From the NCBI GenBank assembly GCA_002269645.1, contig NIVC01000712.1:434001-498000 (forward strand): a stretch of 64,000 nt of DNA. The letters run 5' to 3'. The stretch is from Macrostomum lignano. Its lineage: Eukaryota. Numbering within the stretch: position 1 is the stretch's first letter; each line of letters starts with the position of its first letter. The translations under genes were made by a program, and so were the position numbers. Below, piece by piece: positions 11,056 to 25,163 of the stretch. Under the pieces are notes generated by a model, which saw only the letters and a program-made list of their open reading frames with translations, had not been told where the DNA came from and did no database searches.

Positions 11056-11614
11056 TGTAGTAGGGCATTATTTTAGAAACGGAATTTTGCAGGTTTAAAT
11101 ATGCTTTTACCCTACTATCAGTAGTTTCAACCCGGGGAAATAATTAGAGCGGGGGTAAGTGGATAAAATCGGGGTTCCTTTAGAAATACAGAGCAGTTGG
11201 GCTCTTGGGAAAGAAAACGCCTTCGTTGGAGTGTCTTCTCCTGTTTAACTTAGAGAATTCACGAAGAAGTGGTAAGGAAAGGGAAATATAAAGGGATAGG
11301 TTTGCACAGAGGAGTCTTGCCTCTAAATATTGGGAGTCTTGCCCAAAACGCACAACGGGAATAAAACTAGGGAATTAATGTAACACAAATAACCTTTTGT
11401 ACGCATTCTCTTTATTATTAAATATTTCCAACTGATAACTATAATCTTTGGTGTCCTGACTCACTTCTTTAATCTAAAGTACTAGACTTAGGGAAAGCAG
11501 GAAACCTGGTGGCAGCGAACTACCAAACATTTAAACAGTACCGCAGATAATAATCCACTCATAATCCTTAGCAATAGAAACCAGTAGCTTAGCCGCGGTT
11601 ACACGCCCATTCCA
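11056..11614 (+). repeat. 3' LTR
   Basis: Copy of 3106-3664 at offset 7950. Confidence 0.97.
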
Positions 11615-12560
<946 letters not shown>

Positions 12561-13167
12561 CCCCGCTGCCAAGTACACAAAGCGTCGGCCAAAGCAAAGC
12601 AAACTTGGGCTGATCGAAAGCTTAGAAATAGATCTTTGGTTGGAACAATTGTCTTGTCGTTTAAGCTCTTGGAGGAAAGAATAGAATGGAGTGTGCTAAT
12701 CTGAGCCAGTTATTTTTGTCTTGTTCAGTAGAGATCTCCAAGCTTAGCAGACTACTAAAAGTAGTAAGATAAAAAACATGAATACTATTAAAAAACTAAA
12801 ATACGTCATACTCTATTTTCAGTAATACCTGCAATATCACGTAAACAGCGAGTGATCATTAAATAGTCCGAACAACCGGTTTTCAACCTATATGGTAAAT
12901 TTCAATTTAAATGCGACCCAAGCTTCACCCCTTTCTATTGATTCTATTGAGTTATTGAATTTGAAGCCTCCCTATTCCTAAGGGATTGGATAGGATCTGC
13001 GGACCGATTTCGATACTCTCGGATGATTATTGATTGATTGATTTTGGTACCCTAGAGTAACCGATAGGAGCACACGACTCCGATTTCGTTATTTCTAGGA
13101 GAAGACGCCTTTGTGGAGGACCCTTATACATGTATTGTTATAGAGTTGACTTTGTTATTAGGGCGCA

Positions 13168-13321
13168 TCTCTGCACTCGAGGAATATATTGATTTCTGCA
13201 CTCGAGGAATATATTGATTTCTGCACTCGAGGAATATATTGATTTCTGCACTCGAGGAATATATTGATTTCTGCACTTGAGGAATATATCGATTTCTGCA
13301 CTTGAGGAATATATCGATTTC
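13168..13321. repeat. 25-bp tandem repeat, about 6 copies
   Basis: Unit TCTGCACTCGAGGAATATATTGATT; the last two copies carry shared substitutions. Confidence 0.9.
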
Positions 13322-13385
13322 AGCTTTCCGCATACGGCCAATTAGCGCACTTGGTTTCCTTATTTTGAGGTACTAATAGATAAAA

Positions 13386-13864
13386 ATGTCTGTCGCGTAT
13401 TCCGACATAAAAAATTACTTGCTTAGTGGCACATACGACGTCCCTGCGTCTTTGACAACAACCAAGGAGAAGAACAACTTCAAAAGCAAGGTTCGGCAAA
13501 AGGCGCGCAACTTCAGGTACGAGGGCCAGCAGCTGTTCTATAAGCTCTCAGCTAGGGATGATAGTCAGAAGAAGCCTGAAGGTTGAAGAGCAAGAAGAAC
13601 GGAGTCGATTAATTCAAGAATATCACACCTCTGTGACTGGAGGAGCTCATCAGGGGATAAAGTCCACCCTATCGAAGCTTCAGGGGCGCTTTCATTGGGA
13701 CGGCATGACAAAATCTGTGCAAGATTACATTCAGAAGTCAGCGCAACAACAAGAGGGCCGTGGCGAACGAATCCCAATTGACGCCAATTTTGATTCCGTT
13801 GATGGCCGAACGAGTATTCGGTTTTGTCTGCGTTGACTTCGTCAGGTTCAAGCCATCTTCGAAA
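13386..13864 (+). pseudogene. Ginger/GIN-like (Gypsy-integrase-related) transposase remnant
   Basis: Reads MSVAYSDIKNYLLSGTY...KARNFRYEGQQLFYK, then after a frameshift EEQEERSRLIQEYH...HQGIKSTLSKLQGRFHWDGMTKSVQDYIQ, then after another frameshift QRNNK...LTPILIP...VCVDFV...SSKG|GT. It starts at its own ATG, lacks RT/RNase H upstream, and resembles the GIN1 N-terminus and HHCC domain. Confidence 0.7.
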
Positions 13865-15956
13865 GGTGATTGATTAATCGATTAATAGTTTTTGTGGCTA
13901 TGTGTATCAAATTTAAGTAGCATTCTCTCATTCATTTTAATGTAAACAACAACACAATGCTCCACAGGGAATCAATACCTGCTGACAATTTGCTGCAAAT
14001 TCACCAAATTTGCCCTGGCTTAAACGATATGGAAGTTTAATAATTCAACATATGCTTGTAATTTCTGTACGCATATTTGTAAAATGTCCACGATTTATTT
14101 TAAGGACAGTCTAAATTAGCAATTTACGGATAAATTATTTTTCACGTCAAGCCTTATAATATTATAAAGTGAATTAACTAATTTTGTGTACGCGAGTACT
14201 TCATTCAGTTCTGGATTGCTGTTGTCTTTTTGTAGCAATATGCACTTTACAGTAAATATTTATTGTCTACTCGCAATGTTGTCGGAATATTTAAAGACGA
14301 ATAAAATAAGGCATACGATAGTTTCTGCTCAGTGAGTGAGAGAATTCAAGATGAACGAATGAGTTTGGATAACTGAAAAGTATTTGGCCAAATACGTTTG
14401 TCGTCTTATTTCATTCAGCCGAATAAAACACCCAGCCCAGACACACACAGCCCAGGCATAGGACTTTAAAATCTTGTCAACAGACTTGCGGACGAGAATT
14501 TGCGGCTATAAAAACTTTGGCAGTGTTCATGTAGGTGATATCAGATCACGGCTTAAACTGATTATTCACAGGTTTTTAATCTCGTAAACCCCAGAGAGAA
14601 ATCAGCCTAGGAGTGCGCTTGGCATGACTTATGTCGTGCCGTATTCAATCTGGGCCCAAATAAAATAACGCATCCAAAGTTATTCAGCCGAATACTTTTC
14701 TGCCTAGGATAATGGTTGGCGTAACACCGGGGTCCTGGGCAGCAGCCCCGGCTACATGTAGCTCTGCGATTATCTTAATTATCGATGACACGTAGTTACT
14801 CGTATCAGATTGCTTAATTCGAAAATAATTTATTTTTGCAGAATTCTTCAAGTAACTTTTGCCAATAAACCTTACATGTACTTATTGTATGCAATAAATG
14901 CATGTATACTCGTAACTTTTTGTCAAACAACGTCAATTTCGCAAAAAGTTGAGGATGCAATGGTACATTTTTATGAAAATTCAGCCAAGGTGATTAAAAA
15001 ATATTTTGAGCTCGTCGTTTGGCTTTTGTTCAACTCAGCTTCATTTAAAACTAATCAAGTGAATTTAAATGTACTGGCCAAGCAAGATGTCAATATTCCA
15101 CACGTATTTCACGCTAATCTAAAAGTAGATGGATAGTGAACGTGATAAAGCAATAACGTGATGTAATTTGTACATATGTTACATGTAAATTAGGGAGCGC
15201 CGTGGAACAATTACAAAATATTGTACTTTTGTTTCTGTCTAGACGAAACTATTGAATTCTGATCGACCAAATCAATGCGGAGGAAAAGCACAGGCAGCAG
15301 TGTATGCCAGTAATTATAGATTTATACGAGTACTATGATGAATTAACAAAGCAGTAAATGAATTTTACGAGAAAAAAAACTGAATGTACAGAAAGTTTTT
15401 ATGTATTTAATGTCCGATATTTACAGCGTATTTATACAGAAGAGTAAATATTCTGTATCAGTAACAGCCTCGGATTCTGATCGCCAGTTTTAAAACAGCG
15501 CCCTCTCATTCTTAGTAGGAGAGCAAAGTCTCTTATGAGGCAGCAACAACCCAAAGTACAGTGTTAGTTGGATCTTCCAATAAAGAAATAAAACTGGATT
15601 TCCAGCTAGCAGACTCCAACATTATCACTAATTTTGTCTCTGTAGCTAGCTCTGTTATTAGCTGATCAAGCGATTCTGTGTTCTCAGAGTTCTGTCAGAG
15701 TTCAGAGTTCTGTGGAAAAGAATAATATGCTTTTTGTTGCTGTAAATTGATAGTTATAAGTTATTGGAGGGCTCACTCAAATGTTGACCCTCTTTAAAGT
15801 CTTCCATTAGAACATTAAATATTTTGTTTCTTGCCACATTGCCACCTATTAGTGCAGAGATTGATCGCAACGAAAATTAAAGAAATCGATTTTTTGGGTA
15901 ATTTGAAGGTTACAATCCGAATAAATTGATGTCGATCACTGCATTAAATCACAAAT

Positions 15957-18900
15957 TCAATTAAATTGACGGTTCTTCTTGTGCCTTCTTCTCACAAAAA
16001 GTAGCGTCGCAGTAAAGATAAGTGCTAACAGAGTCGTAGCAAAAGCTCCAAGCAGAACCATGCTCAGCACACTCATCTCTTCAAGACTGGGACTTAGTCT
16101 CTTCTTAGACTTAGACTTAGTCCCTTCAGTCTGTTCTTCTTCCGCAGCCGGCTGGGCAGCCGCAAGCATCCAGCTGAGCACAGGTTGACTTGAGTTTCCG
16201 CATCTGTTTCCTGCCGCATCCGGGAAGCTGATCAGAGCCGTAAGCTGCTCACTGCAGTCCGTGAAGCTCACCAGCCCGAGTACGTCACCATCAATGGTAA
16301 GATTGACAGCTCTGAGCGAGCCGCAGGAGACTGAGGAGTTCTTAGTCTCGACAACATGGTACCTGGAATTCAAGTGTCAGGAGTTTGTGATTTGTATGTG
16401 ACTTGACTAGCAAGCAAGGTTAACAAAATTTTGAGACTGCTGATTCTCAAGTCAAGAAACTCACAGCTTATCAGCATCCTCGAACTCAGCTATTTTTCAG
16501 CCAGCTTCTGCCCCGCAGTTCAGGTAGAATACCTTCTTGGTCCTGTGCTCATAGAACAGTCCGATGCGAAGCCTCTGAGCGAGATTCAGCGGCTCCTTGC
16601 TGCGGGTGCTCAGGCCGGAGCCGACGCGAGTTCGCTGGCCTGAAGCCGGTGTTCAAGTGGAGTGAAAATTGTGCAAAAGTTAAGGTGTGCGGTCTACAAC
16701 CCAAGGTAAACAGCGATGTTCAGTAAAGGACACTGCATGCGTTCAATAAGCTGGCAACGAAAGCCATTTCTAAGTTACTGCAGGCGTGGAATTTACCGGT
16801 ACATCTCTCGTGCGTTACTGCTCCTATTGTGGGTTTTGCGGCGGTTTAACATAACGGCTTTGTGGGCCTGAAACTTGTGAATATTATTCGATAATAATAT
16901 GAAAACTATCGATATAAAAGTAAGTGCAGGACAACTTTATGTTTCTGATTATAGCGCTATCTGGTATCATGGGCCATATTATTGATGCTGTGTGAAGCAT
17001 GCATATTGCAAAAATTATGTAGCTTAGGCCATAGGAGCTTGGGGTATGAGATGCAACAGCAAATAAAACGACGGTTTGTAACTTGAAAACTTTATTGAAA
17101 TAAGAGCGTATTTGGAAATGCAGTTTTTAATTTGCATTAATTATTATTAATTAATTTGAAAATTCGCCAATTAATTCGGCTTAAATTACCTACAGAGTGT
17201 GATTAAACCTTTTAATCACTGTCTTGTTTATGATTGGTAATCTGGTGAAAAATGTTTTTTTCAGTGGCGAAAAGGAGCATTTTTGAGCAATTGTTCAAAT
17301 TTGATGCATACGCTCGTACACCGCAGCACAATTATCAAGGCAAAACTTCTGGCTACGCATGCATTCTTTCTTTACCTGCGCTGTTACGTTGTAATAAGCT
17401 TTAAATATTGATTTGGTACTGACATGGCGGGTACAAGACCTGAATTTACCAGTTTTCTTAACCCGAAATGTTACTGTACTCTAAAATTTGGTGATAGACT
17501 TCAAGTTGATTCAATGCAAGCTGCACGCCACAGACATTAACCGTAGGAATACCTCAGGGAATTTCTCAGTTAAAATTTCTCAGGGAAAGGCTCATTTGCA
17601 CTCATTCTCAGGAGCCATTAAATTCAATAGCTGATGTGCAATGGAATATAGAATTTTACTTCATTTGATTGCAATTTAGATAAGCTTTTGTAGTGTAATT
17701 TAAGGTGCTATTTCTAAGATGGCTTTGTTTTTATCCCTAATCCATTCCTGACATGCATGTAGTATATTGAGGGAAGTTCACTAACACAGCAGCACTCAGC
17801 CCTGTTTTAAGATATATAGTCTTCATGCACTAGTAATTCGTACATTATTGTTTCATTTCGCTAAGTGTTTTAAAAGCCACCGGTTCACTCCAGCTTACTC
17901 TCTTTGACGAAGTTCTGCAGAGCCGCGGAGCTGTTGAAGCTGGCGAGCCTCATGACTCCGCTGTCAGCGCTCATCGCAGCCAGCTCAGCAGTCAGGTTCC
18001 GACGAACCGATCCTGTGGTGTAGCAGTTGCTCTCAAAATTTGTAATGTTTCTGCAGCAGAATCCCGGCTCCATCAGCCGAATTTGTAGACCCGGGATATT
18101 CGCTGAGCTTCTCCGATTCAGCCGGAATGAGACCGTCAGGTAGCTCCTACAGTTTTTATGTAGAGTGCAGTGGTTGAGTTCAATTACAGAATTATAGATT
18201 TCAGAGAATTGGCCAGCTCTATCGTACCCTTTGGTCAGTTGCAGCACGCGCAGCATCTCCAGTTCCACTGGCTTTGGCTCGCTTGTTGAAGGCGACGAGC
18301 AAGTGGCTGGAAATGCATTGGGATTTTTATTAGCAGGGTGAGAATGAAAGCATTTGGCCGGTTTTATTAAGTACCAGCTAGCATGGGTCAAAAACTACTG
18401 ACTGCTTGTTTACGGTAATGGTTAGAACTGGAAATCGAAACCAATATCACCTGTATGACAGCAAGTTTAACGGTGCTCAAAGCAGCTTACAGTCCGAAGC
18501 CTTCGAGTGCAGTTCGTATCGCATCGGTTGCTGCTGTGCAGCTGAATCCAAAGATCTTGCCCACCTCCGCTGGCTTAAGTGCGCCTCCGTGTCAAAGCCA
18601 GTCAGAACCACAACGGCATTGTCAAGATGGTCAGTCAGAATCTTCCATTTGCAGTTGAGTCCTTCCTCAGGCACAGGGTCCGCGTCAGCTTTCGGAATGA
18701 TTCGATCCTCAATGAACTCGAGTTTTTTGCTGAGCTGGAACTCATTGGTGATGCCACGCGGATAGCAGTACTCGTTGCCTGCAAGAGCTCTGTGGAGAAG
18801 AAGAATGAGGAGGAGTATATTTTTTTGTAAATGGACAGTTAAAAGTTGTCGGAAGGCTCAGCTCACTTAAAATTTGGTCTCTTAAACGTTATTTTCTGAG

Positions 18901-19770
18901 CTATTATTGGCAAAATGGGTTGTTGATTATGCGACTAATTGGCTTTTCGGCCGGTATTTCAGTTATTTCTTGCATACAGATCTGTTAAATAATATTTTAT
19001 ATTTTACGAGTAATAATATATAGAATGTATGATCACAACATACTATTATTATTAGCTACGCCCATGAACATGAAGAAATGCCATCGATTTTGTGACAACA
19101 TTCTAGCTGAAATCAATACGATAAAATAGTTATGTACTTACTATCCTACTGATTGTAAAAAGACAAGAAAATCTTGTGTGAAAAACAAGTGCTGTTTAAC
19201 CCACAGAACTGTTCTGCGGTTTAACCAGCTACAGTTGTTCAATGGTATAATTCAATTAACTTTCGTACAATAATGTACGACATTAACAGCGCCAGCCTCG
19301 CAAGGACAAGTCCCCAAATAACAGCCCCACCAAGGGGCAGTCCCCAAAAAAGACAGCACCAAAAAGGACAGTGCCCCAAGCAGTATGACACCCCAATCAT
19401 TATGATGACCCAATCAGTATGATGACCCAATCAGTATGATGACCCAATCAGTATGATGAGCCAATCAGTATGATGAGCCAATCAGTATGATGACCCAATC
19501 AGTATGATGACCCAATCAGTATGATGACCCAATCAGTATGACGCCCCAATCAGTGACGCCCCAATCAGTGACGCCCCAATCAGTATGACGCACCCAAAGT
19601 GTGGCATCCAAAAGCATTTAAACCACACCAATCAAAAACTTAAATCCGCTACAGAAATCCCCGCTGGTGCAAGAAATTAAGCTTCGCATGACTCACATTT
19701 GAAATGTGGCAGACAGCAGCAGAAGAGTCGACAGTCTTCTGCCTATCACAATCTGCAAATTCAGTCGCAT
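15957..19770 (-). pseudogene. Type-I membrane protein family copy 1, with a nonsense mutation in exon 4
   Basis: Exons 19770-19697, 18789-18491, 18306-17899, 16639-16465 and 16362-15957 have GT-AG junctions with consistent phases (2,1,1,2). TGA at 16499-16497 corresponds to TGC (Cys) in copies 2 and 3. Confidence 0.8.
19381..19595. repeat. 17-bp minisatellite in intron 1 of copy 1 (~12 units)
   Basis: Unit GACCCAATCAGTATGAT. Confidence 0.92.
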
Positions 19771-21282
19771 GTCGCTCACTTCCGGCACCTAAAATTCGCG
19801 ATGAGATGTGGGTGCAGCATGGAGTTTCTGTGTCTGCGCCAGCTTTTACACGTAAGACGTGAAACTGCTAAACAAAGATATTCGTAAATTGCATCAAACT
19901 TCTTGTACGCGTACTATACGAAATTTCTAATTTAGCAATCTGATTTCTGTTTTAGTACCCGGATGTAGTGACACATTTCTTGGCTTTTAGCTCGTGCTCG
20001 TAGTTTATCCAACCCTGCTGCCAAGAAATTTTAGATGCAAAATCGTGTAGATTTAGTTTTTATTTGATTTTATATACAATGAAGCATCTGGCGAGCCAGA
20101 CTCAGCCTTTGCTCTGACTTACCTGAGCATACGAGCGTAATTGCATGTATATTTGAGTGGCTCTAAAGACCTCAATAGCTATAATACTATACATGTGTTG
20201 CAGATTTAGTCATCTTTTCAGATTGAATTTAAAAATAATTTAGCAGTAGAAGTACAATACACACACAACCCCAAAGGACTCGCGAACGAGAATGTCTGTT
20301 AATCGAACGATGGTAGAAAATTCTGTGGTAACACAAAATATTTTGTTAACGATTCTAACTATTTTGCTTCCTATCTTTCCTTAAACAAATATCATTTGAC
20401 AAAAGAGGACACTTTAACATGGCCATCAAATTATGCTCAAATTTCTTAAAAACTATGGTAACTAAATGTGCACGAAACTCAACTCACTGTCCATGTGGAC
20501 TCACTCACCAAGAGATGTTGGCCAACTCCAGCTTCCTGCAGACTTTATGCAAGAAAATTTAAGAAGGGAGCACCACGGAAAACGCATGATTTTACAGGCG
20601 AAGCCGCGGTAACTCTGTGGCAGATCCAAGTAAAATCCAAGTAAAAACCCACGGCTTTTCCGCGGCGAATGTTTCTCTTAAAGCAGTTGGAATTTGCCCC
20701 TCCTTTCAAGTACAACTAAAAGGCAATTCCATGGCTCTCCCATGGAAATTCAGTCAGTAGAATTGTTTAAATAGGGTTGGAGTGTGGGTGTATGCGTGCG
20801 CACAGTTGCCGCCCTATTGTACGAGTACGTAGCATGCCAGGAAAGAGAGACAGAAGAGATCTGTATCGTTCATGCGCTTTCAGACCAAGCATGCACTGTT
20901 CTCTGTACGCCGCCTAACGCTGTACGTTCGTACAAAAAAGAAAACTTCAATTTTTCTGTGAACTTAAGAGTTCTTTATTTATTGTTCAAAGCTCAAGGCC
21001 CAAAGGCAAAGCAGTTAACTGCAGGGAATGATTACAAGCATGTGACATACGTAGGGTCTGGTGGATGTCACTGTCGTCAAAAGTTAAGAGACTAAAATTT
21101 TCTTTAGGGTTTCACAAGGGTCTTCAGAATGTGTTTATGAATTCTTCTTTTAGTTCAGTTCAACAACTGCGAGCAGTGCGAGCTTACGAGCTAAAAGTAC
21201 TGAGGTGCAGAAACAGCATGAGTATTAGTTTCTTCGCTCTCATTTTTTTTCTGGTGGAAAACTTTAGCTAGAACTTTAGGGT

Positions 21283-21825
21283 ATGTTTCACATTCCCCAG
21301 AGTTCACATTCCCCAGATTTCACATTCCCAGAGTTCACATTCCCCAGAGTTCACATTCCCCAGAGTTCACATTCCCCAGATTTCACATTCCCCAGAGTTC
21401 ACATTCCCCAGAGTTCACATTCCCCAGAGTTCACATTCCCCAGATTTTACATTCCCCAGAGTTCACATTCCCCAGAGTTTACATTCCCCAGAGTTCACAT
21501 TCACCAGAATTCCCATTTCCCAGATTTTGCATAACCAGTTTTCACATTCCCCAGATTTCAAATTCCGCAGATTTCAAATTTCCCAGATCAAATTCCGCAG
21601 ATTTCACATTCCCCAGATTTCACATTCCGCAGATTTCAAATTCCGCAGATTTCACATTCCCCAGATTTCACATTCCCCCAGTGTTCACATTCACCAGAAT
21701 TCCCATTCCCCAGATTTTGCATCAACAGATTTCACATTTCCCAGATTTAACATTCCTTGCATTTCACACTCACCATATTTCACATTCCCAAGATTTTACG
21801 TTCCCAAAATTTTACATTCCCCATA
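21283..21825. repeat. Degenerate 15-bp tandem repeat (TTCACATTCCCCAGA)
   Basis: Pure units at the 5' end decay toward the 3' end. Paralogous tracts lie at ~25270, 33163, 38150, 47345 and 53175. Confidence 0.9.
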
Positions 21826-23817
21826 TTTCTCCGGCGTCGCAATAAACAACAATACAGCAGCACAGGGCGCGCCTCTGGGTCAGGTCGCAAAGGAGGGCCA
21901 CGTCGACGACTGAATCCAGGGCGCAGGCGTCAGACAGCAGGCAGGAGACAAGGCGCGAACCCGCGATACGCGGCCTGCCTGCCTGCTTGTGCCAGCTGGA
22001 CGCCACCCTCACCCATGTACGTAGGAAAAACCCAGAGCTATTTTTAGCAACACATCTATAGAGAGCCATCTGCATGTGCAAGTACAAGGGATTCTCTGGC
22101 CTTTGCGGAACGCTCCTTGATTTTTAAACGTTATTAACAGGTTTTTTCCCTATTATCTTCTGCTTCCATGGCAGAAAGACTTCAAACACACCGGCCTCTA
22201 AGGCCCTATTATGAGTGCGAGGCTCACAGCTCAGAATTCGCAGTAATGAACACTTCAAGGCAGTGTATCTTATAATCAACTAAAACTAATCAACTAATGA
22301 ATAGTTTGAGCGGGGTAGGGTTAGCGCTCACGCAGTTTCTCTCTGTGCTGTTTTTATGGCAATTATCAACCCCCGCCTCTCAACACATTTTGCTGCGAGT
22401 CTTCTGTGTCACGCGTTCGCAGGCTGCTGGCTTGGCCCTCAAATCTCAGATTCGTTATTGTCATTTGGGCATTGAGATCGGCTTTCATAAGCTGGTCTGT
22501 TTGAATAGGTTTGATCAAGATGAGTAGAGGTTGTTGTTTTTTCCACTTCGATGCAAGCGCTTTTCCGGTGCTTACAGACAGGTATTAAAAGAATGAAAGA
22601 AACTGCAAATGATAACACGAACAAGTTTTGTAACTTAGATACTTACTGAATGTTATCTTACTTTTTATTTTCTTTCTTTCTAATCTCTTTCCACTTTCTT
22701 ACTAATCTCTTCTTTGATTAAAAAGATCAGGAGCGTGGCCACGGAAGGGCCAAAGGGCGATCCGACCCTCCAAATAGGCTGGCAAAGCTAATGGCTGAGT
22801 ACCTACTGACTTGGCGCCTCTTCAGCAGGTTTGGCGCTTCTTTTCCCAATTCTAGCAGTTCCCCCGACCACCACTTTGGCTACTTTGGCCCCAACAACAG
22901 CCCTTGGTGCTGGCGCCCCTTGGTGCTGACGCCCATTGGCCCAAAAGTACCGGGGTGATAACGGAATGCTTGAGATACCAGCTGAGGATGTCCAGCAGCT
23001 TGCCTACTGGATCTCGCTTGATCATCGAAACTAGATAAATTTGCAACAGCGTGTCTATAGTCACCTGGTGCCACCTGTGGAAGGTCCAGAAGCTCCGCCT
23101 GGGTGAAGCCTAGTGACCAACGAATGCAGAGCTGATGCAGACACATGTGGTCGACGTGCTGATGAAATTTGGAGACTTGGCAAGGCTGCACTGAGGCGAA
23201 GTGCTGATTGGCGCTCAGGGGTGTACTGAATACACTGGCGCTTATGGAAAAAATCAGACCTTCTGGCAGAATCGTCGAATATCTCGACAGTCTGGAGGGC
23301 TTGTGTTAGCCCGTGTTGTTGAATTTCGTATGTCTGCGTTGCTCCAGTACGGCGCAGCAAAAAAATGTCAGGAGGATACCCCCTCTGGGTAGTTATACTG
23401 TTAATTAAGTTCTCGGATTTTTTATCGTTACTTAATTATATTTTCTTCCTCGTTATTGTTTTATTTCCTCTTACAAATGTTTGATCCAGGGATTACATTT
23501 TCGATTGCCTTCTTTCTAGATTACGAGTAGTCTTGAAAGCAGCTCTCTGACTACCTTGATCATCGATCACTTAATCAGAGTGCATAATTCTTGAATAACT
23601 GGATTCTTCAAGTGACATCTTAATCAATTTTGCTTGTTACTGGTAAAATTTAATTTGTAATTCCAATATACGCTTGCAAATTGATACACTTTTATTACAA
23701 AAGTTAATAAATGGTTAGGATACAATAATAGGTTTGTACGTAAATGTGGCTTCGTTCCGAAATTCTCAATGCGTTCGATTATCGGGCCACTACTTCGTTT
23801 TAACTTAGTTACGAGCG

Positions 23818-23985
23818 CAGGGGCGTCGCCACCGGGGGGGCATGGGGGACATGTACCCCAGTAAAAGCTATGGGGGAGACATATAGCACCTGCGGCACCA
23901 AAATGAGTGCTAATAACACTAATTCACAATAATGTACATGTAGAAATTTAGTCATGTACTTGTAAAATTTATGACGGCGCCCCTG
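23818..23985. mobile_element. hAT-type MITE (168 bp)
   Basis: TIRs CAGGGGCGTCGCCA / TGACGGCGCCCCTG and an 8-bp TSD TACGAGCG at 23810-23817 and 23986-23993. Confidence 0.85.
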
Positions 23986-24806
23986 TACGAGCGTACATAT
24001 GTGTACTATTATTCCACACTTACTTCACGCTACTGCAAAGATAAGGAGGCGTGGATGGACAATAAACGTAACATGACAGGTCCGGTGATGAAATTTGTAC
24101 ATGGGCTAAGTGTACATTGGGGAGCTACTGAGGAACAATGGGCATATTTTGCAAATGTGTCTGGGTAAAAGTATTCTGGACAGAAGCTCGTGCAGCCTTT
24201 ATGACTTCTGCCATTGCTAGAATTAAGAAAGAAATAAATCTAAATATACTAAATCTCTAAGGTTTGTATGCTTGAATGAATGAATGTCCATAACGCTCTA
24301 GAGACTGCAATCCATATACTAAAAATGAATTAATTCTAAAAAATAGAAATATTTCCGATATTTGCAGAGATTTACAGCATTTAAACAGCAGAACAGTAAC
24401 AGCATAATTATACAGTCATCACTCGCATGTAACAGCATATTTCTCATTCCATCCTCTTATAGTTTCAATGAAGAGCTTTGAGGCTGCGAACTATTATTCT
24501 TACGATTAGTAAAGCTTAGTTAACACCAACAACTAAAACACAAAATCTTCAAACCTGACATCTGCTCGATGAAGCCGATGAGGAAGTGAAACTGGATTTT
24601 GAGTAATCAGACTCCATAATTATGGATCGTTTTGTCTCTTTTGCAAGCGCGGCTATTGGCTGATCAGATAGAGTTGACTGGCGAGACGAAATGCCAGCTC
24701 ATAGTCTTTCAAGCCGTTCTGTGCGCGCTGTAGTCTTGGTCAGATTGCCGAAAAGGTGATGGGTGTTGCGTCACTCCGTCCACATTAGGGAATTCAGCTG
24801 CGACGT

Positions 24807-25163
24807 CTAAGGCGCAGCCCCGTTACGATAAAGAAGTTTTTCAGAGCCGGATTGGCGGACCTCCCCAACCTTTCCTCCATTTTGCGAATTTGCCGCTTTA
24901 TATTGGCTGAGCTGCCGTCTCAGTAAAATTAGCTTTGAAGTAGAGATAAATGCCAATAGAGTTGCAGCAGCAGCCAGGAGTAGAACCAAAATCAGCCTCA
25001 ACCTTAAAGGATTGGCACTTGTTTGTTCTTCTTCCGTAGCCGGCTGGGCAGCCGCAAGCATCCAGCTGAGCACAGGTTGGCTCCAGTCTCCGCATCTGTT
25101 TCCGGCCGCATCCGGGAAGCTGATCAGAGCCGGAAGCTGCTCACTGCAGTCCGTGAATCTCAC
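24807..25163 (-). pseudogene. Orphan 3' part of exon 5 of the membrane-protein family
   Basis: Encodes FTDCSEQLPALISFPDAAGNRCG...QPVLSWMLAAAQPA, a TM segment and a tail. Its 5' side is fused directly to the module that precedes the 15-mer repeat, and exons 1-4 are absent. Confidence 0.8.

Larger units (their letters stand above)
3106..11614 (+). mobile_element. Full-length Ty3/Gypsy LTR retrotransposon, recent insertion, 4-bp TSD TAAC
   Basis: Direct 559-bp LTRs (TG...CA), a primer-binding site, a polypurine tract, gag with a CCHC knuckle, and pol in PR-RT-RH-IN order. TAAC lies at 3102-3105 and 11615-11618. Confidence 0.97.
16850..24230. repeat. Near-identical segmental duplication of ~27700-36120
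   Basis: Identical or near-identical ORF translations at offset 10865 (before the 17-mer array) and 11880-11881 (after it). Confidence 0.92.

Noticed and set aside
13168-13321. 25-bp repeat as CRISPR, or ORFs 13124-13341
   Set aside because: No spacers; the ORFs are repeat translations.
14373-14702. Weak inverted repeats (GAAAAGTATT.GGC..AATA) suggesting an old MITE
   Set aside because: Too degenerate and no TSD found.
21283-21913. ORFs rich in FHIPQ/SHSP repeats (also 33163-33794, 47432-47957, 53173-53717)
   Set aside because: Translations of the 15-bp repeat; frames are not conserved among paralogs.
21950-21975. GGTTCGCGCC (minus strand) as a tRNA/SINE B box
   Set aside because: No A box or cloverleaf could be built around it.
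22960-23400. Coding-like segment (also 34840-35280) possibly from a LINE or other gene
   Set aside because: Multiple stops in all frames and no diagnostic motif recognised.
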